Positions 15,564 to 23,661 are shown, counted from the stretch's first letter. The stretch: 32,000 bases of DNA from Halalkalibacterium halodurans (GCF_004376175.1 NZ_SNUY01000002.1:108325-140324); one strand, 5' to 3'. Notes: a model not told the origin generated them from the sequence alone. Numbers and translations are program-made.

Positions 15564-16763
15564 ATGACCCGTTCTGAACGAAAACCGTTGCTCATGCTGA
15601 TGGTCAATATGTTTGTCGTCATGATGGGCATCGGCTTAGTTATTCCCATTCTACCTTATTATATTGAAGCATTCGGGGCATCGAGCGTTGAACTAGGATT
15701 GTTAATTGCCATCTTTTCATTCATGCAATTTTTGTTGGCCCCTTTTTGGGGAAGACTCTCTGATAAAGTGGGGCGAAAGCCGTTAATTGCGGTAGGTATG
15801 TTCGGCTTTGCTGTAGCAGAATTTATTTTTGCTTTTGCCACACAGTTCTGGATGTTGTTCGTGTCCCGAATACTTGCAGGGGCATTTGGTTCAGCGGTTA
15901 TGCCAGCCGCGATGGCGTATGTGTCTGATCGGACGAGCGAAGAAAAACGAGGACATGGCATGGGGCTGCTTGGTGCGTCTATGGCTCTCGGAATTGTCGT
16001 CGGCCCAGGGATCGGTGGTTGGCTAGCAGAATTCAGCTTAGCGACACCATTTTTATTCGCTGGGTTTGCGGCTTCTTTCGCTGCCATATTCTCACTCTTA
16101 TGGCTTCCTGAATCGTTACCGTTAGAAAAGCGTAAAACTGAAGTGGAACCTGTGAACCAATTTGTGCAAATGTGGCAGGCGGTCCGTAGTCCTATCGGTT
16201 TTTTGCTCTTTCTTGTGTTTGGGTTGAGCTTTGGACTAGCCAATTTTCAAACGATTTTTGGCATCTATGCCCTTCATCGCTTTCACTATAATCCGAGTGA
16301 AGTTGGATTCATCATGGTCCTCACAGGGATCGTAGGTGCGATCGCCCAAGGGAGTCTAGTAGGAAGATTAACTGAAAGATATGGAGAGGAAAAAGTAGTC
16401 CTTGGTTCTCTCAGTCTGAGCGGTATAGGGTTTTTAATCATGATGCTAGCATTTAATTATTGGACGGTTATTGCAACTACGTGCTTGTTCTTTTTAGGAA
16501 ACTCGATTTTGCGCCCAGCCGTTCAATCTTTTCTATCAAAAATGGCAGAGGATCAGCAAGGAATGATCATGGGCTTGAATAACTCCTTTCTTAGTTTAGG
16601 AAACGTCGTAGGAGCCCTTCTAGCAGGTTTATTATTTGAGTGGAATATGTTTCTCCCTTACACCGTTGGCGCGTTCGTTATGTTTGCTAGTTTAGGTGCA
16701 ACCTTTCGTTGGTTGTCAAAAAGAGCAAGTCAAGGGAAGCACCCTGAGAAGTCGAGCCCGTGA
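15564..16763 (+). CDS. MFS transporter (12-TM drug:H+ antiporter-like)
   Basis: 399 aa with 12 hydrophobic segments and MFS motif A, GRLSDKVGRKPLI, between TM2 and TM3. It starts 10 nt after the kinase gene. Confidence 0.85.
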   Translation: MTRSERKPLLMLMVNMFVVMMGIGLVIPILPYYIEAFGASSVELGLLIAIFSFMQFLLAPFWGRLSDKVGRKPLIAVGMFGFAVAEFIFAFATQFWMLFVSRILAGAFGSAVMPAAMAYVSDRTSEEKRGHGMGLLGASMALGIVVGPGIGGWLAEFSLATPFLFAGFAASFAAIFSLLWLPESLPLEKRKTEVEPVNQFVQMWQAVRSPIGFLLFLVFGLSFGLANFQTIFGIYALHRFHYNPSEVGFIMVLTGIVGAIAQGSLVGRLTERYGEEKVVLGSLSLSGIGFLIMMLAFNYWTVIATTCLFFLGNSILRPAVQSFLSKMAEDQQGMIMGLNNSFLSLGNVVGALLAGLLFEWNMFLPYTVGAFVMFASLGATFRWLSKRASQGKHPEKSSP

Positions 16764-16779
16764 TAGGTTCGGCTTTTTT
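16749..16779 (+). terminator. intrinsic terminator after the MFS gene
   Basis: 10-bp stem AAGTCGAGCC (16749-16758) / GGTTCGGCTT (16766-16775) with two G-U pairs, then T-run 16776-16779. The stop codon sits in the loop. Confidence 0.6.
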
Positions 16780-16995
16780 CCAGTAAAGAATGAAGATCAT
16801 TCGAAAGTTAAGTATAAGTGCTACTACAGCTTTGCTAAAGGATCCGGCTATCCCTGAGTTTTGTTTAGGAATGCCTAGATATGTGGTAGAGCTGTTCATC
16901 ACTTTTATCGCTCGCATAGGGAAGGCTGTGAAAGAAGGACTATGCTATAATAATGATAAACTCGTAGGGAAACGAAGATTAGAGGTGAGGAACTG

Positions 16996-17958
16996 TTGAG
17001 CAGAGGCATTTTGTATTATCAAGTAGGGGAAGCGCTAGAAAGCTATTTTTTGATTAAATCGGCAACAAAGGCGGTTGCAAGCAACGGTAAGCCATTTTTG
17101 ACGTTGATCCTAAGTGATCACACGGGGGAGATTGAGGCAAAGTTATGGGGCTGTTCTCCTGAAGATGAGGCGACGTTTGTGAGTGGGGCCATCGTTCATA
17201 TTAGTGGACAACTATCCGAATACCGCGGCAGACAGCAACTGAAAATTGGGAGCATACGACCAACGACGGCGATGGACCAAGTGAAAGTATCTGATTTTGT
17301 TCGCTCTGCCCCCCTTTCGCCTGACGATATGTTGGAACAAATTACGCAGTACATCTTTGAAATGAAAAACCCGAAGATTCAACGAATGACACGTCACCTC
17401 TTAAAAAAGCATCAGACAGCCTTTTTAGAGTATCCAGCAGCCACAACCAATCATCACGAGTTTGTATCAGGGCTTGCGTATCACGTCGTTTGTATGTTGA
17501 ATGTTGCGAAGTCTTTAGCCGCGCTTTATCCGACACTTGATACGGATCTGCTCTATGCTGGCATCATTTTGCATGACCTCGGAAAAGTAAAAGAGCTATC
17601 AGGGCCTATTGATACAACGTATACGATTGAAGGAAAATTACTCGGGCACATCTCCATTTTAGTCAATGAGATTGGGGAGACAGCCAATGAGCTCGGCATA
17701 GAAGGCGAGGAAGTGGTCATCCTTCAACACCTTGTTCTTGCCCATCATAGCAAGGGAGAGTGGGGAAGTCCAAAGCCACCGCTGATCCGTGAAGCTGAAA
17801 TTTTACATATGATTGATAACATTGACGCCAAGATGAACATGATGGATTGTGCCTTGGAACGGGTACAACCAGGAGAGTTTTCAGAGCGAATCAAGGCAAT
17901 GGACAATCGCTCTTTCTACAAACCGAATTTTCATGAACCCCCTTTAGATCTTTCATAG
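16996..17958 (+). CDS. yhaM: 3'-5' exoribonuclease YhaM (OB-fold + HD domain)
   Basis: TTG start after GAGGTGAGG. The N-terminus is close to B. subtilis YhaM as remembered ([33 protein letters not shown]). The HD motif ILHDLGK is present, and the gene is followed by yhaL as in B. subtilis. Confidence 0.9.
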   Translation: MSRGILYYQVGEALESYFLIKSATKAVASNGKPFLTLILSDHTGEIEAKLWGCSPEDEATFVSGAIVHISGQLSEYRGRQQLKIGSIRPTTAMDQVKVSDFVRSAPLSPDDMLEQITQYIFEMKNPKIQRMTRHLLKKHQTAFLEYPAATTNHHEFVSGLAYHVVCMLNVAKSLAALYPTLDTDLLYAGIILHDLGKVKELSGPIDTTYTIEGKLLGHISILVNEIGETANELGIEGEEVVILQHLVLAHHSKGEWGSPKPPLIREAEILHMIDNIDAKMNMMDCALERVQPGEFSERIKAMDNRSFYKPNFHEPPLDLS

Positions 17959-17970
17959 CATAACTTGTCT

Positions 17971-18006
17971 CTCCTTTTCATAGAATGTGAAAGAAATGAA
18001 AAGGAG
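17971..18006 (+). promoter_or_regulatory. hairpin occluding the yhaL ribosome-binding site
   Basis: CTCCTTTTCAT (17971-17981) is the exact reverse complement of ATGAAAAGGAG (17996-18006). The stem can extend by 3 more pairs (two G-U wobbles). The 3' arm holds the SD AAGGAGG for ATG 18018. No T-run follows. Confidence 0.55.
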
Positions 18007-18017
18007 GGGAAAAAGTT

Positions 18018-18293
18018 ATGAGCACGCCACCTAATAATCGTCGTTTAGCTTTACTTCTTGTAGCTGTAATGGTAGTTATTTTTCTTCTCACCCAAACCCC
18101 TTTAGGCTCTTTTCTAGCTAGCAGTCCGTGGTGGGTCTACTTTGTGATTGCAGGTATTCTTTTAAGCGGCTATCTTTCGGTAAAATATACGATTGAGGAT
18201 CGCAAAACGGATCAAGAATGGATTGAGAAGGAAGGAGAAGCGTTCTTAGAACGTGTTCGAGAAAAGCGAGCTGTCGAACAAAAAGAAGACTAA
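18018..18293 (+). CDS. yhaL: sporulation protein YhaL-like small membrane protein
   Basis: 91 aa with two TM segments including the PWWVYFVIAGILL motif, and a charged tail QEWIEKEGEAFLERVREKR. It lies between yhaM and prsA as in B. subtilis. Confidence 0.7.
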   Translation: MSTPPNNRRLALLLVAVMVVIFLLTQTPLGSFLASSPWWVYFVIAGILLSGYLSVKYTIEDRKTDQEWIEKEGEAFLERVREKRAVEQKED

Positions 18294-18305
18294 AAAGCGA
18301 TCGAT

Positions 18306-18341
18306 GGATCAGGCATTGGACAGTGAGTCTGATCCGTTTTT
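18306..18341 (+). terminator. possible terminator after yhaL
   Basis: GGATCAG (18306-18312) / CTGATCC (18329-18335), then GTTTTT. The loop is long at 16 nt. Confidence 0.4.
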
Positions 18342-18399
18342 GTGTTATTTAGGAGTTGCACTCCAGGTAATTCCACACAAATGAACCGATTGTTCCATC

Positions 18400-18436
18400 A
18401 AAAAAAGGCACCTTCAGCCTAGCTGTAAAGGTGCCT
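18400..18436 (-). terminator. intrinsic terminator of prsA
   Basis: On the minus strand, AGGCACCTT / AAGGTGCCT form a 9-bp stem (plus-strand 18406-14 and 18428-36), followed by T7 (plus-strand A-run 18400-18406). Confidence 0.8.
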
Positions 18437-18446
18437 TTCAAGTTCA

Positions 18447-19448
18447 TTACGATTCGTCTTCCTCTTCAGCGTTTTCATCAGCATCCTCTGCCTGGTCTTC
18501 TGCTTCGTCGCTCGCGTCCTCACCGTCTATTTCAGGTGTATCTTCTACAGGAGGAGCATCCGGTAGGTCAAAAAGTCCTTCAAATTGATCATCAAGAACG
18601 TTAATATCTGCTTGGGCAAGCAAGTCACGTAACACTTCCTCTTGGGTACGGGAACGTTCTCTCATGAGGGTGTCATGAATTTTTTCTTCTAGTTCTTCAT
18701 AAGAGTCCTTGCGATCGGTAACTAAAATAATGTGGTATCCATACGTGGACTCTACTGGTTCACTAACCTCATCGATCTCCATGTTAAAGGCCGCTTCCTC
18801 AAACTCAGGGACCATGTCTCCTTTACCAAAGAAGCCAAGATCACCGTTGTTCGCTTCAGCGCTAGGATCAACAGAATATTCACTTGCCAATTCTGCAAAA
18901 TCATCACCTGCTTCAAGGCGATCAAGCACTTCCTCGGCCGTCTCTTCATCTTCGACTAAAATGTGGCTCGCTTCCACTTCGATCAAAGAGTCACGATTCT
19001 CATCAAAGTATGCTTGTTTTTCCTCATCTGTGATTTCAACACCTTCAACCGCTAGTTTCTCAAGGACTAAAGGTGGTAGAATATACTCATTTACGAACTC
19101 CTCTTTGTTTTCGACGGTGATGCCAAATTGGTTGCTTAATGCATCAAGCATTTCATCGTCAGTTTCTACCCCGATTTGGCTTTTGAATGTTTCGAGTTCT
19201 TCATCAATCTCTTCCTGTGGGATTTCCACTGAGTCTGCTGCTTGGGAAATTAAATGTCTTTGAACAAGTTCTTGAAGAATAGCCTCTCCATAGCGTTCTT
19301 TTAACATGTCGACGAATTCAGCATCAGAAATTTCGTGTCCATCGACTTCGACAACGGCTTGGCCACTAGAGCCTGCGTCATCGTTATTGCATGCACCTAA
19401 AATCATCATGCAAGCTAGTCCAGCAATTAATAAATGGCGTTTTTTCAT
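18447..19448 (-). CDS. prsA: foldase lipoprotein PrsA (parvulin-type PPIase) with a long acidic C-terminal tail
   Basis: The lipobox is MKKRHLLIAGLACMMILGAC, after GGGAGTGG with 6-nt spacing. The parvulin core is EASHILV...GDLGFFGKGDMVPEFEEAAF...YGYHII. The track start at 19478 swallows the RBS. Confidence 0.9.
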   Translation of the reverse strand: MKKRHLLIAGLACMMILGACNNDDAGSSGQAVVEVDGHEISDAEFVDMLKERYGEAILQELVQRHLISQAADSVEIPQEEIDEELETFKSQIGVETDDEMLDALSNQFGITVENKEEFVNEYILPPLVLEKLAVEGVEITDEEKQAYFDENRDSLIEVEASHILVEDEETAEEVLDRLEAGDDFAELASEYSVDPSAEANNGDLGFFGKGDMVPEFEEAAFNMEIDEVSEPVESTYGYHIILVTDRKDSYEELEEKIHDTLMRERSRTQEEVLRDLLAQADINVLDDQFEGLFDLPDAPPVEDTPEIDGEDASDEAEDQAEDADENAEEEDES

Positions 19449-19681
19449 CGTTTTCCACTCCCTCATTATCAAAAACAAATTGAAGTAAGTTCCTTTTTTT
19501 CATAAGGTGTACAGACCTAACTATAGCACAAATTGCCCCAAAGAAAAAAGGGTTCATTTGACGCAACTTTTCTAGAGAAAAGGAAAGGTTAGGTTGTTGT
19601 TTCATAATTAGGTCAGCTGCCCAGTACGTCTCTATTTCGCCTGCATACGATAAGGTAACAAAGCTCAGAGGAGGTGTTAGC

Positions 19682-19768
19682 ATGTCTGGCGCTTACCACG
19701 GTGGATTCGCGTTAATCGTTGTGCTGTTCATCCTTTTAGTAATTGTCGGAGCAGCTTGGTATTACTAA
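19682..19768 (+). CDS. tiny transmembrane protein (28 aa), YjcZ / tiny_TM_bacill type, copy 1
   Basis: AGAGGAGGTG RBS. It encodes MSGAYHGGFALIVVLFILLVIVGAAWYY. It is below the ORF-track cutoff. Confidence 0.65.
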   Translation: MSGAYHGGFALIVVLFILLVIVGAAWYY

Positions 19769-19819
19769 CAAACACGCCTCTTACTGAAGTTGACTAGATA
19801 AAAGGAGGAGCTTCTGAAA

Positions 19820-19906
19820 ATGAGTGTACCTCATCATGGTGGATTTGCGTTAATTGTTGTGTTGTTTATATTATTAGTCATCATTGGAGCAGCATGGGTG
19901 TGCTAA
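19820..19906 (+). CDS. tiny transmembrane protein (28 aa), YjcZ / tiny_TM_bacill type, copy 2
   Basis: AAAGGAGGAG RBS. It encodes MSVPHHGGFALIVVLFILLVIIGAAWVC, a tandem paralogue of 19682-19768. Confidence 0.65.
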   Translation: MSVPHHGGFALIVVLFILLVIIGAAWVC

Positions 19907-19911
19907 TGATA

Positions 19912-21764
19912 AAAGATAAAAGAGGCTGGGACAAAACTAGCCAAAAATAGTAAGTAAAAAGGTTCCAAGCAAATAATAAGTGCTTGGAACCTTTTTTGTG
20001 GAGTTTTTCTTATTTCCTGGCCCTATGGCACCGTTCGTGGCCGTGTACTTTCTCAAGTTCACGGCCATAAATGCAAACCCCAATTCATTTTTCACTTTAT
20101 CTTTGCCTCTGACGGACATTCGAGTGAAACCCAAATTAGCCTTCAGAAAACCGAACACTGGTTCTACTTCAACTTTTCGTTTCCTGTAAATTTCACCAGT
20201 TTTCTCGTCTGAAAGCTTCATACGTATATTTTCTTTTTGAGATTCCCACTTTTCATTAATGTAGACTTTTCGATTGTTGCCTTCTTTTGCTTTCGTGCAC
20301 AGTTCGCGGAATGGACAGCCTGAACAATCTTCACATTCGTACACTTTAAATTCCCGTGTGAATCCGTACCTGTCTGTTCGTTTGGACTGATGGCTAAACC
20401 ATACTTTTTGACCATTTGGACATCGGAAAGCGTCCTCTTCCTCATTATAATCCCAATTGTCTACATGAAAAGCATTGTCTTTGTGTTTCCTTTTCTTTTC
20501 CTTTCGATACTGATTGTATGTAATAAGTGGCGTTCGATTTCGATTCTCAATGATTTCTTCATAGTTCTGTTCGCTTCCGTATCCTGCATCTGCAACGATA
20601 TATTCTGGTAATTCGAAGAAATCTTCTATCGTTTGAAGAAATGGAATCAAGGTGCGTGTATCTGTTGGATTTGGAAAAACATCGTAAGCGAGTGCGTATT
20701 GACCTTCTGTCGCAAGTTGTACATTATAACCAGCTTTCAATTGACCGTTCTTCATGTAATCGTCCTTCATCCGCATAAACGTCGCATCAGGATCAGTTTT
20801 TGAATAGCTATTGCGTTCGCCGAAAGTCTCCATATCTTTTTGATACTTTTGTTTACGAGCAATGAAATCCATGAACTGCTTACGAGCTTGTTTTGGTGCT
20901 TTACGTTCAGCGCGAATGTTCTTCCGTTCACTGCCGACCTCACAAGCTTCAATTTTTTTATCATATTCGCTGACTGTTTCGTCTAACTTTTTGACCACTT
21001 CTTCCATTTCTTTAACGGTTAGTTCTTCTTTACTTTCTCGTTCTATCGCTGGGATAATTTCCTTTTCCAATAATTCATCATACAGTTGGTTGGACTTTTC
21101 TATTAATTTTTCACTATATTGTTCGACGGATTTTCTCCATACAAAGGTAAATTTGTTTGCGTTCGCTTCAATCTTCGTACCATCAATAAAAATTGCTTCT
21201 TCTTCAATCAACTCCTTTTCCACGAGTTGATTACGGAATTGGACAAAACATTCGCGCAGTAATTTTTCAATAAGTGGATTGGAACGGAAACGATTAATCG
21301 TCCGATAGCTCGGCTCATTTCCTTGGGCTAACCACATCATCCGAATACTGTCTTGGAGCAACGCTTCTATCTTACGACCAGAAAACACAGATTGTGTATA
21401 CCCACACAAAATAACTTTTAACATCATACGAGGATGATAGGCAGGACGTCCAGTTTGGCGTAAGAAATCTTTGAATGCTTCCTCTGGTATGCTCTCTACA
21501 AGGTCATTAATCGCAAAAGCAATATCATTTTCTTGTAATTTTATTTCTAAATCTAGCGGCAAAACAATTTGATTCATGGTATACTGTTTAAACATAAGGA
21601 CACCTCCAAAAATTATTGTTTAGTCACTTTAATTTTATCAAAAGGTGTCCTTTTGGTTTACACAAAATACGAATAAAAAGGCGTGAAGCCTACACTTTTT
21701 AGTGTAAGCTCCTACGCCTTATTTTTTTATTTCCTGGGGTTTTGTCCCAGCCCCTTTTATCTTT
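19912..21764 (-). mobile_element. IS1182-family insertion sequence, copy 2 (1853 bp, divergent type), no target-site duplication seen
   Basis: The 26-bp terminal IR is AAAGATAAAAGAGGCTGGGACAAAAC (19912-19937) versus the reverse complement of 21739-21764, with one mismatch. The flanks TGATA and GTCGA are not repeated. Confidence 0.8.
19937..21595 (-). CDS. IS1182-family DDE transposase (552 aa)
   Basis: GGAGGTG RBS. It shares conserved blocks with the 11483-13201 product but is clearly divergent, at roughly half identity by eye. The stop codon lies inside the terminal IR. Confidence 0.9.
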   Translation of the reverse strand: MFKQYTMNQIVLPLDLEIKLQENDIAFAINDLVESIPEEAFKDFLRQTGRPAYHPRMMLKVILCGYTQSVFSGRKIEALLQDSIRMMWLAQGNEPSYRTINRFRSNPLIEKLLRECFVQFRNQLVEKELIEEEAIFIDGTKIEANANKFTFVWRKSVEQYSEKLIEKSNQLYDELLEKEIIPAIERESKEELTVKEMEEVVKKLDETVSEYDKKIEACEVGSERKNIRAERKAPKQARKQFMDFIARKQKYQKDMETFGERNSYSKTDPDATFMRMKDDYMKNGQLKAGYNVQLATEGQYALAYDVFPNPTDTRTLIPFLQTIEDFFELPEYIVADAGYGSEQNYEEIIENRNRTPLITYNQYRKEKKRKHKDNAFHVDNWDYNEEEDAFRCPNGQKVWFSHQSKRTDRYGFTREFKVYECEDCSGCPFRELCTKAKEGNNRKVYINEKWESQKENIRMKLSDEKTGEIYRKRKVEVEPVFGFLKANLGFTRMSVRGKDKVKNELGFAFMAVNLRKYTATNGAIGPGNKKNSTKKVPSTYYLLGTFLLTIFG

Positions 21765-21770
21765 GTCGAG

Positions 21771-21818
21771 AGAGGAAAAAAGGAGGTCGCTTCGAAACAT
21801 GCACCTCTTTCTTCCTCT
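21771..21818. terminator. long hairpin, probable bidirectional terminator between the tiny-TM genes (+) and the 87-aa ORF (-)
   Basis: AGAGGAAAAAAGGAGGT (21771-21787) pairs with ACCTCTTTCTTCCTCT (21803-21818) with one bulge or mismatch. T-rich stretches lie within the arms on both strands. Confidence 0.45.
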
Positions 21819-21844
21819 TAAGGGTTTCTACCCGAGGGATGCTA

Positions 21845-22108
21845 TTATGTGAACAGTACCTTTACATACGTAGACGTTAATAAGATGGTCATTAAAATAT
21901 TGATCGTTCGGAAGACTTTCGGCTGTTTTTCAACCGGAATTTCCTTTTGATTGCAAAGAGCATCTGTTAACGTGTTAATTAAATATAAAATAAATAATGC
22001 AAAAATCACAAAAAAGGAGACCATTCCTCTTCCTCCAATTCCTAGGGTCATATTGATACTGTACCAAATGATTGAGAAAAAAGATAGGAGATTGAGAGAA
22101 TTTATCAT
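21845..22108 (-). CDS. small hydrophobic membrane protein (start uncertain)
   Basis: The 87-aa ORF has two or three hydrophobic segments and only a weak RBS (AGGAAG, 3 nt). The internal ATG at 22024 has a strong TGGAGGAAGAGGA RBS and would give 59 aa. Confidence 0.45.
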   Translation of the reverse strand: MINSLNLLSFFSIIWYSINMTLGIGGRGMVSFFVIFALFILYLINTLTDALCNQKEIPVEKQPKVFRTINILMTILLTSTYVKVLFT

Positions 22109-22231
22109 CTACTTCCTAGGGGCATAACAATAAGTTGACCTAAGAAAGACAGCAAATCATACTTAAGAAGAAGGGAAAGGCAACAGTACTTTTTAGTTGG
22201 GCGATCGTAGAATGGAAGAGGGGGAGTATAC

Positions 22232-22831
22232 ATGTTTCGCACTAAAGGGACCTTTTCTTGGAAACTGGGCTTTTTTATTCTATTAGCTCTGCTTACACTC
22301 ATTTTTGCAACTGTGCTCGCTTTTTTGTTCCGTTTGTCATGGAGCAGTGAACCTTATCATTTTGAGGATGCAGAAGAAATGAAAGGTGAAGCGAGCTTTA
22401 CGATTACGACAGATCGTGATCGCCTAAACCGCTTAATGGAAGTGGAAATTGCCAACTTAATAGAAGATGGGGAGCCGCCGTATCGTGTAGTATTGACAGA
22501 CGAGCACGTTGAATTTCAGGCAAATATGCAGTTGTTAGGGTTCCAGGCGCCAATCACCATTCAACTGTTACCTACCGTCGCGCAAAATGGGGATCTCGTG
22601 TTAGAAGTGGATTCCTTCTCGTTAGGCGGGATCCAACTGCCGATTGAGCACATCTTGCAATGGATGAGTCAAATGGAAGATATTCCAGAGTGGGTCGTTT
22701 TTTATCCGAAGGAACGTCTTGTTGTAGCCGAAGTAACGACTCTTCAGGTAGATGAGCGGTTATCGTTTCGTTTTCGTACGTTTGATTTATACAGTGATCA
22801 AATCGAAGCGGAGATGATTGTTCACCCGTAA
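22232..22831 (+). CDS. N-terminally anchored protein, possibly YpmS/DUF2140-like
   Basis: AGGGGGAG RBS, 199 aa, with a single N-terminal TM segment (WKLGFFILLALLTLIFATVLAFLF) followed by a soluble acidic domain. Confidence 0.7.
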   Translation: MFRTKGTFSWKLGFFILLALLTLIFATVLAFLFRLSWSSEPYHFEDAEEMKGEASFTITTDRDRLNRLMEVEIANLIEDGEPPYRVVLTDEHVEFQANMQLLGFQAPITIQLLPTVAQNGDLVLEVDSFSLGGIQLPIEHILQWMSQMEDIPEWVVFYPKERLVVAEVTTLQVDERLSFRFRTFDLYSDQIEAEMIVHP

Positions 22832-22835
22832 CCAT

Positions 22836-22878
22836 AAAAAAGAGGTTACCAATTTAGCTTTTGGTAACCTCTTTTTTG
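22836..22878. terminator. bidirectional intrinsic terminator between convergent genes
   Basis: 12-bp stem AGAGGTTACCAA (22841-22852) / TTGGTAACCTCT (22861-22872), flanked by A5 (22836-22840) and T5 (22873-22877). Confidence 0.85.
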
Positions 22879-22930
22879 ACGTTAAGAAGCTTTTAGCATG
22901 AGGTTCTTCTCAAGTTCTTCAGTCATTGAG

Positions 22931-23473
22931 TTAGCCCACATGGCGAATGAGAATATGAAAGCCCGTTCGATGGTTTTCAATCAACGAAGCCTTTGGTGCT
23001 TTCACCACTTGTAGGGCATAGACGATATCATAAACAGCAAGTCCGAGGTTGATAGCTGTTAAAATGGCGAATAGATGCAAGCCTTGTGGGAACAGCAGCA
23101 CACTTATTGAACAGATAATCGTGATGACAACCCCAGGGAAAAGCAAAGAAAAGAGAAATAAATTTTTTGATAACGGGTCTTTTGTTTTAATGTTTAGAAA
23201 AGGTAAGAAGCCTTTGTTATTTCGTTCAATTATAAGTCGTTGGCCACATACCCACAGCGGGAAGATGTGGAGCAGCTTGTGTAATCCGATGACTCCAATC
23301 GCTCCTACAATATATAAATAGGGACCAAACCCTAGATATGGTGGCACTTTTATCAATGAGCTTAACACTAAATAGTAGACGAGAAACGTCATTAGCATCG
23401 TCGTTGCTGAAATCATGGCTAATCGCAACGTCCCATAGTCCCGTTCAATGTTAATGGATTTCCAGCAATTCAT
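22931..23473 (-). CDS. polytopic membrane protein, DUF3267-like (putative zincin-type) with a degenerate HxxxH motif
   Basis: GGGAGGGA RBS, 180 aa with 4-5 TM segments. The motif GLHKLLHIFP has HExxH spacing but Lys in place of Glu. Confidence 0.65.
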   Translation of the reverse strand: MNCWKSINIERDYGTLRLAMISATTMLMTFLVYYLVLSSLIKVPPYLGFGPYLYIVGAIGVIGLHKLLHIFPLWVCGQRLIIERNNKGFLPFLNIKTKDPLSKNLFLFSLLFPGVVITIICSISVLLFPQGLHLFAILTAINLGLAVYDIVYALQVVKAPKASLIENHRTGFHILIRHVG

Positions 23474-23566
23474 TGTTGTCTCCCTCCCAGTCTACCTAGA
23501 TAATTTACGACGATTTTTCATGGAATGCAATAGGTATGACAAAAAAAATGTAATTTCGACAATTGC

Positions 23567-23608
23567 AAAAAAAAAACAGAAAGCAGGAAGGAGTTTCCTG
23601 TTTTCTGT
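23567..23608 (-). terminator. intrinsic terminator of hpr/scoC
   Basis: On the minus strand, ACAGAAAACAGG / CCTGCTTTCTGT form a 12-bp stem with one mismatch, followed by T10 (plus-strand A-run 23567-23576). Confidence 0.8.
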
Positions 23609-23661
23609 TTAATGTATTATGATCAAGACCAACGGATCATTTTCTGCAGGTACGTGATTGG

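Noticed and set aside
15659-16243. 194-aa ORF on the - strand inside the MFS gene
   Set aside because: It is an antisense shadow ORF with no RBS and no recognisable motif. The + strand encodes a complete 12-TM MFS protein.
16790-16999. 69-aa ORF upstream of yhaM
   Set aside because: It has no RBS. It spans the terminator-to-promoter spacer and overlaps the yhaM RBS and start.
18709-19263. 184-aa Ser-rich ORF on the + strand inside prsA
   Set aside because: It is the antisense reading of the Glu/Asp-rich prsA codons. It is low-complexity and has no RBS. prsA on the other strand has clear family motifs.
19384-19683. 99-aa ORF on the - strand across the prsA start and promoter region
   Set aside because: It overlaps the prsA N-terminal coding region out of frame and also overlaps the tiny-gene start. 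It has no RBS.
20862-21230. 122-aa ORF antisense to the transposase of IS copy 2
   Set aside because: The explanation is the same as for IS copy 1: a low-complexity, Ser-rich shadow ORF.
22105-22302. 65-aa ORF on the - strand overlapping the start of the 22232 gene
   Set aside because: It has no RBS and runs antisense to a well-supported start region.
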